Of a DNA stretch of 64,000 nucleotides, positions 24,619 to 35,385 are shown one piece after another. The position numbers were made by a program, and so were the translations under genes. The number at the start of each line of letters is the position of its first letter. The stretch's first letter is position 1. The notes below the pieces were generated by a model, which was given only the letters and a program-made list of their open reading frames with translations, did no database searches and was not told the DNA's origin. The stretch comes from Balanoglossus misakiensis (Eukaryota > Animalia > Hemichordata). The stretch spans positions 9,225,677-9,289,676 of the forward strand of contig CM082592.2 of the NCBI GenBank assembly GCA_040954595.2. The letters are read 5' to 3'.

Positions 24619-24952
24619 CTTGTTGCATGAAGGAGGCAAAGGCAAACCAAAGACTGTTTTTCAGGTCAAAATCGTCCGTGCTGTGCGCGTGGTCGTCACT
24701 CTTTGAATTGTGATTGCTGTAGGGGCTCAGTCTGTCCAGCACGTACAGGAGCACACCGACAATAAAGAAGGCCGCCAGGATGCAGCCCCACACCCAGATG
24801 TTCAGCGGCTCCAGAAACGCGAAGACGTTCTTCCTCTTGCGCGGCTTCCTCAGCAGAATCCCAACGCCGTAGTTCATGTAGGGCTTGGTGAAGTCCACCA
24901 CTTTTTCTCGGTCGGAGTTTATGATCATTCCGGCGACCGCCATGTCAGCGCG
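24619..24952 (-). CDS. GRID: GluD exon 11 (end of S1, M1, M2 pore loop)
   Basis: tcttccag|CGC GCT GAC...CAA CAA G|gtaagt. Translates RADMAVAGMIINSDREKVVDFTKPYMNYGVGILLRK...NSLWFAFASFMQQ. Confidence 0.97.
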
Positions 24953-25109
24953 CTGGAAGACATAGTTTGGTTATAGAAGTTGCGAGAAACGTGTCAATAT
25001 TCAGTATTGGTTGATACAGAATATCTGTATACATGTATCAGAATAAAACCTAAAGTTTCTTTTATTGAAACGGCAAGCCCGGCATTAATTGTATGTAAAG
25101 TCGACATAC

Positions 25110-25301
25110 CCCGTGGTATACTTGTCCGACGAGGCCGTTCCACGTCCCATCAGCATTTTCCCCGCCGTATTTGCCGTCTGGAACTTCGTAGAGAGTATAA
25201 TTGAAGCCCAGGGCGGCTGCAATGTCAGCCAGCATATCGATACAGTAGCCGGAGTACTTTGTCCCCTTAACCGTTTCTTCCCTCATCACGAATGGAGCTT
25301 C
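25110..25301 (-). CDS. GRID: GluD exon 10 (S1)
   Basis: aaacag|GAA GCT CCA...CAC GGG|gtatgt. Translates EAPFVMREETVKGTKYSGYCIDMLADIAAALGFNYTLYEVPDGKYGGENADGTWNGLVGQVYHG. Confidence 0.96.
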
Positions 25302-26216
25302 CTGTTTCATGGAATCAACCACATTGAAATCCTTGTATGAGAATTTAGTTCTTATAATTAATACCCAGTTGATGGTTGCATAGCGTTGTAGTTATTATTT
25401 GATGTCAAATTTAATCATTTTGGCCATGTAGCCATTATTTTTATCTGCATGTATATTCTTTGATAATCATCTAGGAGGCATGCGCCGAACATTGACATGT
25501 CAACTGACAACAGAACGCGCAGCGGCTTGCAGATGTGCATTTATTCATAATCACTGCCACCGTGCGCGAAGGCGTGATGACGTGGTGGAATTGCGCGGTC
25601 ACCCCCTGAGCCTATGGCACGCAGCTGTGCTAAGGTTTTGCGGAAAATTAATGTGTTACCAAACCAAAGCACTGATCGATTTGGGGGATGACAGTGTAAC
25701 CTTTCATTATGCCGAAATCCTAAGAAAATGTTCTTCGCTACTTTGGAAGTCCGCGTAATTGGAGTGTGACATTCCTCGACAGGGAAATCGTTGTGCGTCA
25801 CGGCGTTCTTTTTGCTGAATTCAAGGGTATCACGCGCGTCGCCATGACGACAGTGCTGCCTTGTACGCGGAGTGAATCCAAATCAATTTCCCCTGAATAC
25901 ATATACCCGCATAATAAAGTCGTCGGTTCAATTATAGATGGCACTGATTTGTGAAGCAGGGTTGAATACTACAGCACAGATTGTTGTGACAGTTTGTTTG
26001 GCGGAAAGTGCTTTACTCCCCTTGCCACTCCTGGAACTGGCAACTAATCCACTGAGTCCTTACGGGCAGACAGCTCGATCCCTCCCCCCCCCCCCCCCTC
26101 CTCCATCTAAAATTTTAAAATGTTCCATAAAACTTTTTATCACAGCGTCCAAAATCACACAACGAAAACACGTCCGGTTCTTCTAAGTCTTAAATTTAAG
26201 AAAATATTTTACATAC

Positions 26217-26312
26217 GACAATTGTCACTATTGTAAAGTTTCGGATTCCAAGACCTCTTCTAAAAGGCATCTGAACCAATGACAGTTTGTTGATAGGATC
26301 CCAATGGCCAAT
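26217..26312 (-). CDS. GRID: GluD exon 9 (ATD end, linker, S1 start)
   Basis: ttgttttcag|ATT GGC CAT TGG...ATT GTC|gtatgt. Translates IGHWDPINKLSLVQMPFRRGLGIRNFTIVTIV. Absent from the ORF track. Confidence 0.92.
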
Positions 26313-26425
26313 CTGAAAACAACGAACAAGCCAAATTGAACACCCGTCTACAATGTGCCTGTGTGGGTATATACACTATTCGTGAATATACGTGCCGTTT
26401 ATTATTGTAATATGGATTTCCCTAC

Positions 26426-26542
26426 CTTCCAACTAAGAGTTGAATCGAACCTACTCTCGAGGCTCAAAATTTCCATGGTAACCTGGTCGTTATAGCAAGT
26501 TCCATTGAACGATATTCTTCCCATCATGCCTTGCAGGTCAAC
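26426..26542 (-). CDS. GRID: GluD exon 8 (ATD)
   Basis: ttcctcctttcag|GTT GAC...TGG AAG|gtagg. Translates VDLQGMMGRISFNGTCYNDQVTMEILSLESRFDSTLSWK (G..G.I.F motif). Absent from the ORF track. Confidence 0.92.
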
Positions 26543-26819
26543 CTGAAAGGAGGAAATTATGAAAGACACTCAAAGTAGGGCCTACAGATGAGGTGTGACC
26601 GGAGGAGAATATTTCTGATGTGTTTGGGAGACCAGCAGGAGAGCGCCATCAATCGACGAATCTGTCAATTTATACGCGAGGAGTTATCGACGCCTGGGCA
26701 GCCGCCAAGTCGAAATGCAAGTTTGCAGGTCAGTGTGCGTTTTCAAATAAAGGGTGGTCATGGGCGGAACTGTGAATAAAGTCTAAAGGAAAAGTAACAA
26801 AAATAGAAAAATGCGATAC

Positions 26820-26990
26820 CTTTTCCAAAGACGATTTCACACTCCGCCCTGATGCCCACGGTTTGCTGGCCTCCGAATTAAAGCACGCGACTCCAGCTGG
26901 GTTACTCCACGTCCCTAACCATATGGAAGCGTTGATTGCCATGGCCGCGACCCTTATTGCGTCATACAGGTAAGCTGCGTCAATGTTCAA
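26820..26990 (-). CDS. GRID: GluD exon 7 (ATD)
   Basis: ttttgttctcag|TTG AAC...GAA AAG|gtatcg. Translates LNIDAAYLYDAIRVAAMAINASIWLGTWSNPAGVACFNSEASKPWASGRSVKSSLEK. Confidence 0.94.
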
Positions 26991-27452
26991 CTGAGAACAA
27001 AAAATCCCGACAATTACAATCGTTCCCATCTGGATTCGAACGATAATGTTGATCTAAATGTTACCATACTTGCACATTTGGTTTGCCAAGTTGTTCCTTA
27101 TCTTACTTCAGTTTCGGCGCCCAGTTGCTGATGTTGCGGTAAATTCAAAGAGGTTATATCGAGATTGATAACAATACTAACAGTGGGGTATTACGGGTGT
27201 CGTAAGAGGATCGTCTTACACTTTAAACAAACTGGCGAAGCATCCTACCGGGTAAGAAACCATTAATTCTGTTTGTGTTTGCTGCAAAGCATATAAACTG
27301 TACAACAACTGTAGCAAAGTTGGAATCAACTTCACAAACCAATTACACAAGTGTGATAACATTTAGATCAACATGAACGTTCGAAGCCAGATGGGAACGA
27401 CTATAATGGACAGTGTGTGCGTGTGTCTTTTCCTTACATGTAAGTACAAATA

Positions 27453-27648
27453 CTGTAAAACACTTTTTTTTCGCGAGTCAACATTTTCGCGATATCGAGA
27501 GAGGCCACTGTTACACGAGTATTAATTTTCGCGTTTTCACACATTGTTCTTTCACAACTATATGTACGCGAGTCTTTATTTTCGCGTTTTTTTGGCTCTC
27601 GCGTATTTAGCGTAAATTTAATGCTCGCGAAAATAAAGTGTTTTACAG
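27453..27648. mobile_element. MITE (Tc1/mariner-type, TA target duplication) in GluD intron 6
   Basis: TA|CTGTAAAACACTTTTTTTTCGCGAG...CTCGCGAAAATAAAGTGTTTTACAG|TA: 25-bp TIRs with one mismatch, 196 bp long, with internal repeated TTTTCGCG motifs. Confidence 0.9.
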
Positions 27649-27795
27649 TAGGTCTCTCACTCGTAGAAAGTTGCTGTCTTAGTTTGGTGATGACTTTTGT
27701 TTAATGTATGAAAGGTCTCTATGTAGATTTGTGTGACAATACTTTCTGAATCACGGTCAGTGAATTAATTCCACAACCGTTGTCACATGACTTAC

Positions 27796-28038
27796 TCGTG
27801 TATTCGGGACAGGATCGTCGCCCATGGATACGACAGCCACCGACGTGATGTTGTCGGTGCTTTGCCCCTCCATCTCGGTGTGTGTGTAGTTGACCCCTTC
27901 CGGTATCGAGTGCGGGTAGAATTTCTCCCACGCTTCCCGGATGTGGTCGGACGAGAAGTTCACCATGACCTGCTGCCGAACGACGGCGATGATCCCCGTC
28001 GTCTTGTTGAACTTCTTCAACTCTTCGTCGCTGATGTC
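27796..28038 (-). CDS. GRID: GluD exon 6 (ATD)
   Basis: gggtttcag|GAC ATC AGC...ACA CGA|gtaagt. Translates DISDEELKKFNKTTGIIAVVRQQVMVNFSSDHIREAWEKFYPHSIPEGVNYTHTEMEGQSTDNITSVAVVSMGDDPVPNTR; phase 0 at both ends. Confidence 0.9.
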
Positions 28039-30196
28039 CTGAAACCCAATTTAGATAGTGTCGTGACCGTGAGTGGAATGCATTGGTCTGACATAGAGCG
28101 ATTCAGTTTTGTGTCACTTGGGTTAGTGGTTTTGAAACTCACTCCGACATGCAGTTCGTGTCTCACTTACAAAAACGTTGGTACAGCATCCCATTCAAAA
28201 ATGAACAGAACCAGTTGTAAAATGTCTACACCGGAGGTAAGACCTTCTGGAACATTACTGTGGGGATCGAACTTTTATGGCTTTCAAACTTGTAATCTCA
28301 TTTGTCATGCTGTAGTATAGGTTGTATCTTGTGTTGTTCATTCATTTGTAAATTTGAGATAGCTGATTTACAGTGAATACATTTACGGAATGACGCGCCT
28401 GTGAGTCCGTCACTTGGTGGCGCTATTGGTGGCGATCATCGTCGCGTGTTCATAGAGTGCATCTGTGAGTTTGGGTATTAGTACAAAGATGCAGTTAATA
28501 AAAGTCTGTCTATTTTAGTCAATCACTCCAACATATCAACACAGCAAACCGGGAACTCAAATGAAAAGAAAATCCCCGCGAATCGCTCTGTCTGCAAAAC
28601 TGGACGCACACTGCGAAAAATGACGTCATGAGTGACGGGGGATATATCCTCAAGATTCAAACAATTAAGTTTTTTTGGTTATTTGCGCTTCAGTGCGTTT
28701 GATTGACATTGTAAGGAGTACATTTAAAAAGACCACAGCAGATTTGACACAAATTTATATCATTACCTTTTCAAAAATATTTTTTGACGTTGTGAGATGT
28801 GCACAAATCGTTACAGGGACTGCACATTTATCGCGAAAAAGTCCCAATGAATGATATGACACTCAAATGCAAACAGCACTGTTGGCATGTCGACAACAGA
28901 TAAAACAGACATTTTCCATTTGCGTAAAAGGCAATAAAAAGCGATTCCGGGTACACAGACCGTGGCAGGTACATTGCTAAAAATCAGAAGATCAGTAGCT
29001 CGTAAAATTTCGAGACAGTCGCGTTATGCGCGGGTAATGGTGCGTCCTAGTCATGCAGAGAGAGGTGCATCGAGAGTATAGCAACTTAAAATCCCACAGA
29101 CCTGGTCAATAGATGCGTTCACTTCCTCACGTTCTTTTATACTTGGCGAGACAGCCTGGATGGGTGTCATAAAATCATACATATTATCTCGCATACCGCA
29201 CTGACAGGAAGTGAATCCACCGAAAAAGTATCCCAGCTCAAACACACTGACATGTGTACACGCCACTCTTTCATATTTCCGCATTTTAAAATAAAAACAC
29301 TTCTTAATTGTACAAGTTATCGCGCAGCACAACATTCGTTTCCAAGCGAGTGCCAGGCACGATGAAATAAGTGGATTACACTGTTTTACGTGTCCCGCAT
29401 GCCACGTGAAGTCCCGAGTGACAACAATGCTGACTAAGCCTTTTATATGTCTGTAAAATCCACAGTGGTTTATGCTCGAGTTGTGAACATCACGATGGTT
29501 CTATTTTCAATATGTTAAAATACGTAAACGCACTCACATCCTTAATGTGCTTGTATCAAAGAGCGAATCCTGTATGTTTTTGTGCGTTTGAATTGTATAG
29601 TTTCAGTACATTTTGGTTCAAAACTGCAGTTGACGTTGGCTGGCCAACCGTCGTTGATTCCCATGCAGCCGCTTTGACCGTACAAGACGGTAACTAGCAT
29701 GATCAACTTTTGCATGTTAAAATCGCCCAGCTTACTTCGGGATTGTGAAAATAGAATGACGCAGATAAAGGGCTCAGGGACGAAAAATCGTGTCTTGCAT
29801 GCAAAGTGCTGATGCACGCGATAACATCTAAGAAAAGATGCAAGATTACGCGGATGCGCAGAAATATGGCAACGGAGTAATTGCATTCTGGGGTCTTTGA
29901 CCAACCCCGAAGTCGGCTTCCTTTTGATGAAAAAAAATGTTTATAATCATTTCCCTAAAAGAAAGCAGAAATCGATAGAGCATTCGGTTGATGTGTTGAT
30001 AGGCGGGGTCACATCCAGTCCACGCTATCGTCAAGGGACTGCCAGAATAACGCTTGGAACACTCGCCGGACGCAAAGACATCAAAAGACTCCGGCGGGAC
30101 GCGATTCATCAGCGCATTTCCTCGTGAAGTGGAGCGTGAAGACGCTGCAAATGGAAGAGCTTTGCCGGGGATCAATCGTAAGAGGGTATATATTAC

Positions 30197-30250
30197 CTGT
30201 GTGCTGACGATCCAGTGATGGTCCCGTTGCGTCATACCAAATATACTAGC
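30197..30250 (-). CDS. GRID: GluD exon 5 (54 nt, ATD)
   Basis: tttttcccctacag|GCT AGT...ACA CAG|gtaata. Translates ASIFGMTQRDHHWIVSTQ (conserved HWI). Confidence 0.92.
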
Positions 30251-30498
30251 CTGTAGGGGAAAAAACAAAACGCAATATTAATCATGCATATTTTACTTGA
30301 GATCGTGTACTATTGGCTGTTCGTCACTAGAATCTGTGTTATGATCAAATCAAATGGACAGAATCGATGGCAACCTGAGTTTTATATCTGAGTTATCCCT
30401 TTTATGGTAATGAAGTTGGCTCGGGAACTAGTTGGGAACTAGAATGTTCTCTGGCTTGTAAAGCTAAGTGCAATTTGGCACCATAAAAATTGACCCAC

Positions 30499-30698
30499 CT
30501 GTTGCAGCAACAAAATACTACTGACTTTATTACTATACACAACATAATTCTTTATTTTTGAATCTCTGGCGACCAAGAGCGGCCGTTTTACGTCGTAGTC
30601 TTTCTCCGTTTTGTTCCACTGGAGCTGCAATAAAACCACCTCAAAGATCAGGCCTTTCACTGCTGCTGAATTCAATAGACCTTGTACGTCTTTATACG
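30499..30698 (-). CDS. GRID: GluD exon 4 (ATD)
   Basis: acatttcag|CG TAT AAA...CAA CAG|gtgggt. Translates YKDVQGLLNSAAVKGLIFEVVLLQLQWNKTEKDYDVKRPLLVARDSKIKNYVVYSNKVSSILLLQQ; phases 1 and 0 fit the neighbouring exons. Confidence 0.88.
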
Positions 30699-31175
30699 CT
30701 GAAATGTAAGCATAATAGCGCACTTACGGTCTGGCAGGCCACGTCATAACGGTTTGTATCGAATGATAACTAACATCGACAGTTACCGTTTCAAAGATTA
30801 AAGTCTGAAGATATGCTAAATGGCTTTTGACAAAGTGATCTGATTCTAAGCGATGTTGTATATTCAGTCTGCATGTATTTCTATGCGATGTTTCCTGTTT
30901 GACTCAGGGTCTGCTTTGGTATCTCAAATAATCTCCGACATACTATCAGTCAACAGCTCTTTTATCCATAACTGTTAGTCATATCTGCCTTTCTGTCTGT
31001 CTCTCTGTCAGGCTGTGTGTCTGTTCAATTAGAAGTATACGTTCACATCTAATTTACGTATGCCTATATTTTTATATATTCATGGTCTAAAGTGCTTGTC
31101 TTAGTCCTCGATAAGCTAAATCTTGCAAGGTCTCGTGGAGTTCGGAAAACGGTCCATTGCGCACAGTTCACTCAC

Positions 31176-31433
31176 CTATCTCGTCGTCGTAGAAAATGAT
31201 AAGCTTTTTCCAATTCAATCGATTGATGATATCTAACACAACGTTGTCCAAATGGATGTAATTGGGGCGTATGCTCATGGAGAAGCCATCTGTTTTCTCA
31301 ATCTCGCAGATTTCCCGTGGAACAGTGATGTGTGGAATGTTGAGTCCGTCGCAAATTGATTGGATTATTTTGCTAGCGTCGCAGCCAGTGGAAGACACTA
31401 ACGCAGAAATGTTGCTGCTGGCCAGGGAACATA
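31176..31433 (-). CDS. GRID: GluD exon 3 (ATD)
   Basis: ttttctttcag|TA TGT TCC...GAG ATA G|gtgagt. Translates CSLASSNISALVSSTGCDASKIIQSICDGLNIPHITVPREICE...SIRPNYIHLDNVVLDIINRLNWKKLIIFYDDEI. Confidence 0.95.
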
Positions 31434-34400
31434 CTGAAAGAAAAAAAACACACAATGAAGCAAATGAGTGTTTGGCACGGAAATACTACCGGTACATCGA
31501 AAGGACGTTTAGCGCCCTCTACCAGTAGACGTGCTGCTGGACAGGCATTCTGCGATTTCAGTGACAAATTTAGTTTACACATGTATTAGATCTCACTAGT
31601 GTCAAGCAGCTATAATTATGTTCACTGGGGGACAGGGCAGGGCATGAGTCTGTCGCTCCCTATTTCGATATGAATGCATCGTGTTCTATTGATGCAGAAT
31701 AGGCCAACAGATCTAAATGTGGTAAAATGTTGGAAGACCTTAAGTACAAAGGAACACCACTTGGCGAGAGCAGGTGTTTTTACACCAATTCTAACACTGC
31801 ATGTCCCTATCACGTTTGGAAATGTCATAGTGCGAATATTGTGAAACGAGGTTACATGCTAGGGTTCAGCCCACAGGATGTGTCGATTTAACATGTTCAA
31901 AAAACAATCCCGACGAGACGATGGATCTCTAGATCTTGTTTGAACGTCACGGGTTCTCCCAGTTGCTAAGGCTACGTCGCGTGCACACGGGTCATTACAA
32001 TCAAGACCGATCTAACCCTGCAGATTACGATGATTAAACATTTCCCGCGTGTCAAAGAATCTGCTTTCTGGCAATTTTCAACCGCATTGTTTGGTTTACC
32101 TAATGCCGTTGTTGTATAGTTCCCGAACACCTGGAGGTGCGGCTGCATGCTCTCGTTATGCAGGGCGCTTCCGTTTATCCATTTCTCGGATACTCGCTCT
32201 CTGCACAGTATGGTGTTTTGAGAGACGTTCAGTTGCATTTAGTACCCAGCAGGACAATTGACTAGCTATACTGCAGTGTTCAGTTCCAGCCCTATACTAT
32301 AGTGACAAAACCGTTTCTATTCAAAGATGCGTGACGGACTTCATTACATCAACCGTGTGCCCGATACGAGTGAGTCTTGTATAGTCACACGTACTTTCAG
32401 CTATTCTCGCCCACATCTGCGTGATAAATACATGCCACACTATTAGCAAAACGATCGCAAGAGGAAGCTGTAACTGTTTCTTGTTTTGTGTGCCGAAACT
32501 TGCAAGCGTCGACAAGATTGTTCTAAAACCCACTCAAGATATTCTCGTAATTTCTACTAATCAATAGAGGGATATATGTTGACTGAACATTTCCTGTCGA
32601 CAATTATGAGGGAATGATTTCCGCAAAATATCCAGAACACGTATATTGTCAATTTGATGCCCACTGAAAATCCAATAAAGAATTATTTATGTGCAAGATA
32701 AAATTGCCGCAAATGAGCATATAATATGTGACAAGTTGGTATGAATTATTACGTATATACTGCCGTTTGTTGCAGGCCTAATCGCGTGAGTAACACGCCA
32801 GCCCCTTCCACATTCCCGCATCAATATTTGATGCACTTGCCGCGAAGTCACCACGGTTCACAGAACTCTCGAGCGCTCCTCTATTTATCGGATCATGCTT
32901 GGCGTAATCGTCAAAAACCACGACCGTCAAGTTGCCTTACCCACCACTTCAATTTCCAACCAAGTGGAACACATTTGTTCGAACTCTTGCATTCAATGAG
33001 AAATTTCGATAAATATTACATGAGTCACCCACGCAACCGGCAAACCAGAACGCGTTCCACTCCCCGCAGACCCTCGTCGCCAGAATATTCAAGTTCAATT
33101 TTGTTTATTCAATATTTCAATAATATGTGTTTACAATTCAGTGAGATGTGGATTTGGAGAAGGTCTCCTGCTGCACGAAGGTCAAAGGTTACAAATATGG
33201 CCGAACAGAGGTTGACGCGCATGACATTTACAAGCCAAAGGCACTTCAGGAAGTTTACGTTCAAAGTATAAGCCATCTACATGTACTACTTATCCTTCCT
33301 TTGGGCAAAGCATGGGGACAGTGTTGTATAGACCCTGCTATTTGCCGCGTTTCGTTCACAAGGACGATAAACGCCCCTCGATCGCACAGTTCATCTGCTC
33401 GTTTCTCATGATCAGTTTTATATCACTCGACTGTTTATTGTCGGCGCTCGTAAAGTCACTCGATGACTTATGTCATTAATGTTCAGTATTACGTCTCTCC
33501 TTTATTGTGGAATTTGAATTGGCATTTACAACTTTTTTAACAACCACTCCATGAAGAAATTGAACGTTAATTTCATTCGCCCTTCATCGCGTGTTTTCTG
33601 TGCATTCAGATATACACGGCGCAGCCGCAATGGGCCGAGGAATCAACTGTGATATCACCAAGGGCGTTAATAGCGAAAACTAAGTCGCCGATGCATTTTG
33701 TATGGGCTGGACGTACAGAACATTGGGCATATGCCCTCCATCCGTCACCAACAACAGTCAGGCTAGGGACTCATTAGACCAATAGAGACATGTTTCCCCC
33801 AAATACAGCGGACGGCTTAAAAGAAACATATCGGTTTAATCAAAGCCAAACGGCTTGCGGGGGTACGGGCAAAGCCCACCAGTGAATAGCCGAACCGCTT
33901 TGATGTAAACCACTGCGGATTTAACGTTAGGGTACCGAGCCAAACATTTCAGTCCCAGTCGAACGTAGCCCATCAACAAAATCTCCATTTTCTTAATTCT
34001 TTTTTGTGCGTTGACCATTTGCTGTGTGCGCTCGATGAGACCCGATATCAAACCGATAATAGCCGCAGATCAACACAGAGAAAATTCTCCATGAAAAAAA
34101 ACAAACACAAATGTAACCTTTTTTACATTGAATCTGTGGCAGTGAGCCTGAACTTGAAACCAGTGACATTGCCGTGTACATTGGATAGGCTGAAAGCTGG
34201 TAATATCGGGGTAATGAAATTAGAAGCAAATTTCCATACATTTGCGCTTTCTTTCGTGCATTTGTATTCAAAATATGCAGTCTGTCGAGGGCTGGTTGGC
34301 ATAATGGAGCTGTGCGTGAATGTTAGGTCGTGCGCGTGAGCAAAAGTATAATTATATTTTGCGCAACTACATATGTATGTCGCATTTATCAAGTCTCTGG

Positions 34401-35355
34401 ATGAAAGCCCCGAACTGATTTGACTACAGAAAGTTGCTTTTTTTCCCCCCCCCGTTGCTAGAAACCACGCTCTCCGGGGTGTATTTGCGCCGGTCAAGAT
34501 GTCCAGCGCCCTCTGGGGAGGTCCTGCAATTGACGGGGCTAATTTGTAAAACGTGTGCGCAAATTTCCAGGTAGTGGCTTAATGAATAGGAGTTCAATGG
34601 GTAAACAGCACTCGCGGGAGAAATTCGCACAATAGCACGCGAGAAGACTGCAAATAGACAGACAACGCGTTCGATTGAATTGAATTTGCCTAATACCTTG
34701 TTGGCCCTTTTCCCTTCAAACTCATCTTTATTTAAATGTTACCGTCGCAAGCAATTGAATTTGTCAGGAGGTTTTTACGCACCAGCTGTTCCTCGGCGCG
34801 TAGGTGCATTTTGTAATTCTCGTCTGAATGATCTAGGATATTTTTTACTTATCAACGCGGTACCCCGAAAAAGAATCTTTTAAACGTTATCAGCTGTCTA
34901 TCTCGACGTGCAGTAAATATGTCACGTTAACCCGTGTGCTTGTTTCTCTTCACTTGAGAAACCAGACCGGCTACATGATGAGAACTCTCAACCTTTTAAA
35001 AGTTCCAGTGGAGCTAACAAACAAACAAACAAACAAAGAAAAAGGAATAGCTACGTTTCCAATTAAATCATGATAATCGAAATTTTGTTCTAAGATTAGA
35101 AGGCATTCATTTCATGGCATTGATGTTTATTTTATCTCTTTTTGACAGACAATACTCTGTCGAACCGAGTGGTTGCTGAGACTATTTACTGCAGTGGATT
35201 ACGAAAGTGCGGGTTCTTGATCTCTACGTCGAGATAGAAAGTACGGGTGCCATTGTTTTAAATGATAGAACTGAGTCTTGTAATGTTTTTACATGAATTC
35301 GATGACAACGCCTACGAGAGATCTTTTCTGGTAGTAGTCAGTACTATAATGATCT

Positions 35356-35385
35356 CTTCCTTCCTTCCTTCCTTCCTTCCTTCCT
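35356..35385. repeat. (TTCC)n microsatellite
   Basis: About 7 perfect TTCC units in GluD intron 2. Confidence 0.85.

Noticed and set aside
22184-24640. Q/R-site RNA editing via an intronic complementary sequence
   Set aside because: The site is CAA CAA next to the donor, but I found no extended complement in intron 11 (only ~8-nt matches). An RNA fold and a cDNA comparison would be needed.
27787-28320. 177-aa plus-strand ORF
   Set aside because: Antisense to GluD exon 6 plus intron; no protein-like features.
32741-33271. 176-aa plus-strand ORF in GluD intron 2 (possible nested gene)
   Set aside because: Composition looks random, with no motif or clear splice signals; within chance for this window size.
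35160-35230. Weak A-box/B-box-like sequence (tRNA or SINE)
   Set aside because: No cloverleaf could be formed and the B-box is degenerate.
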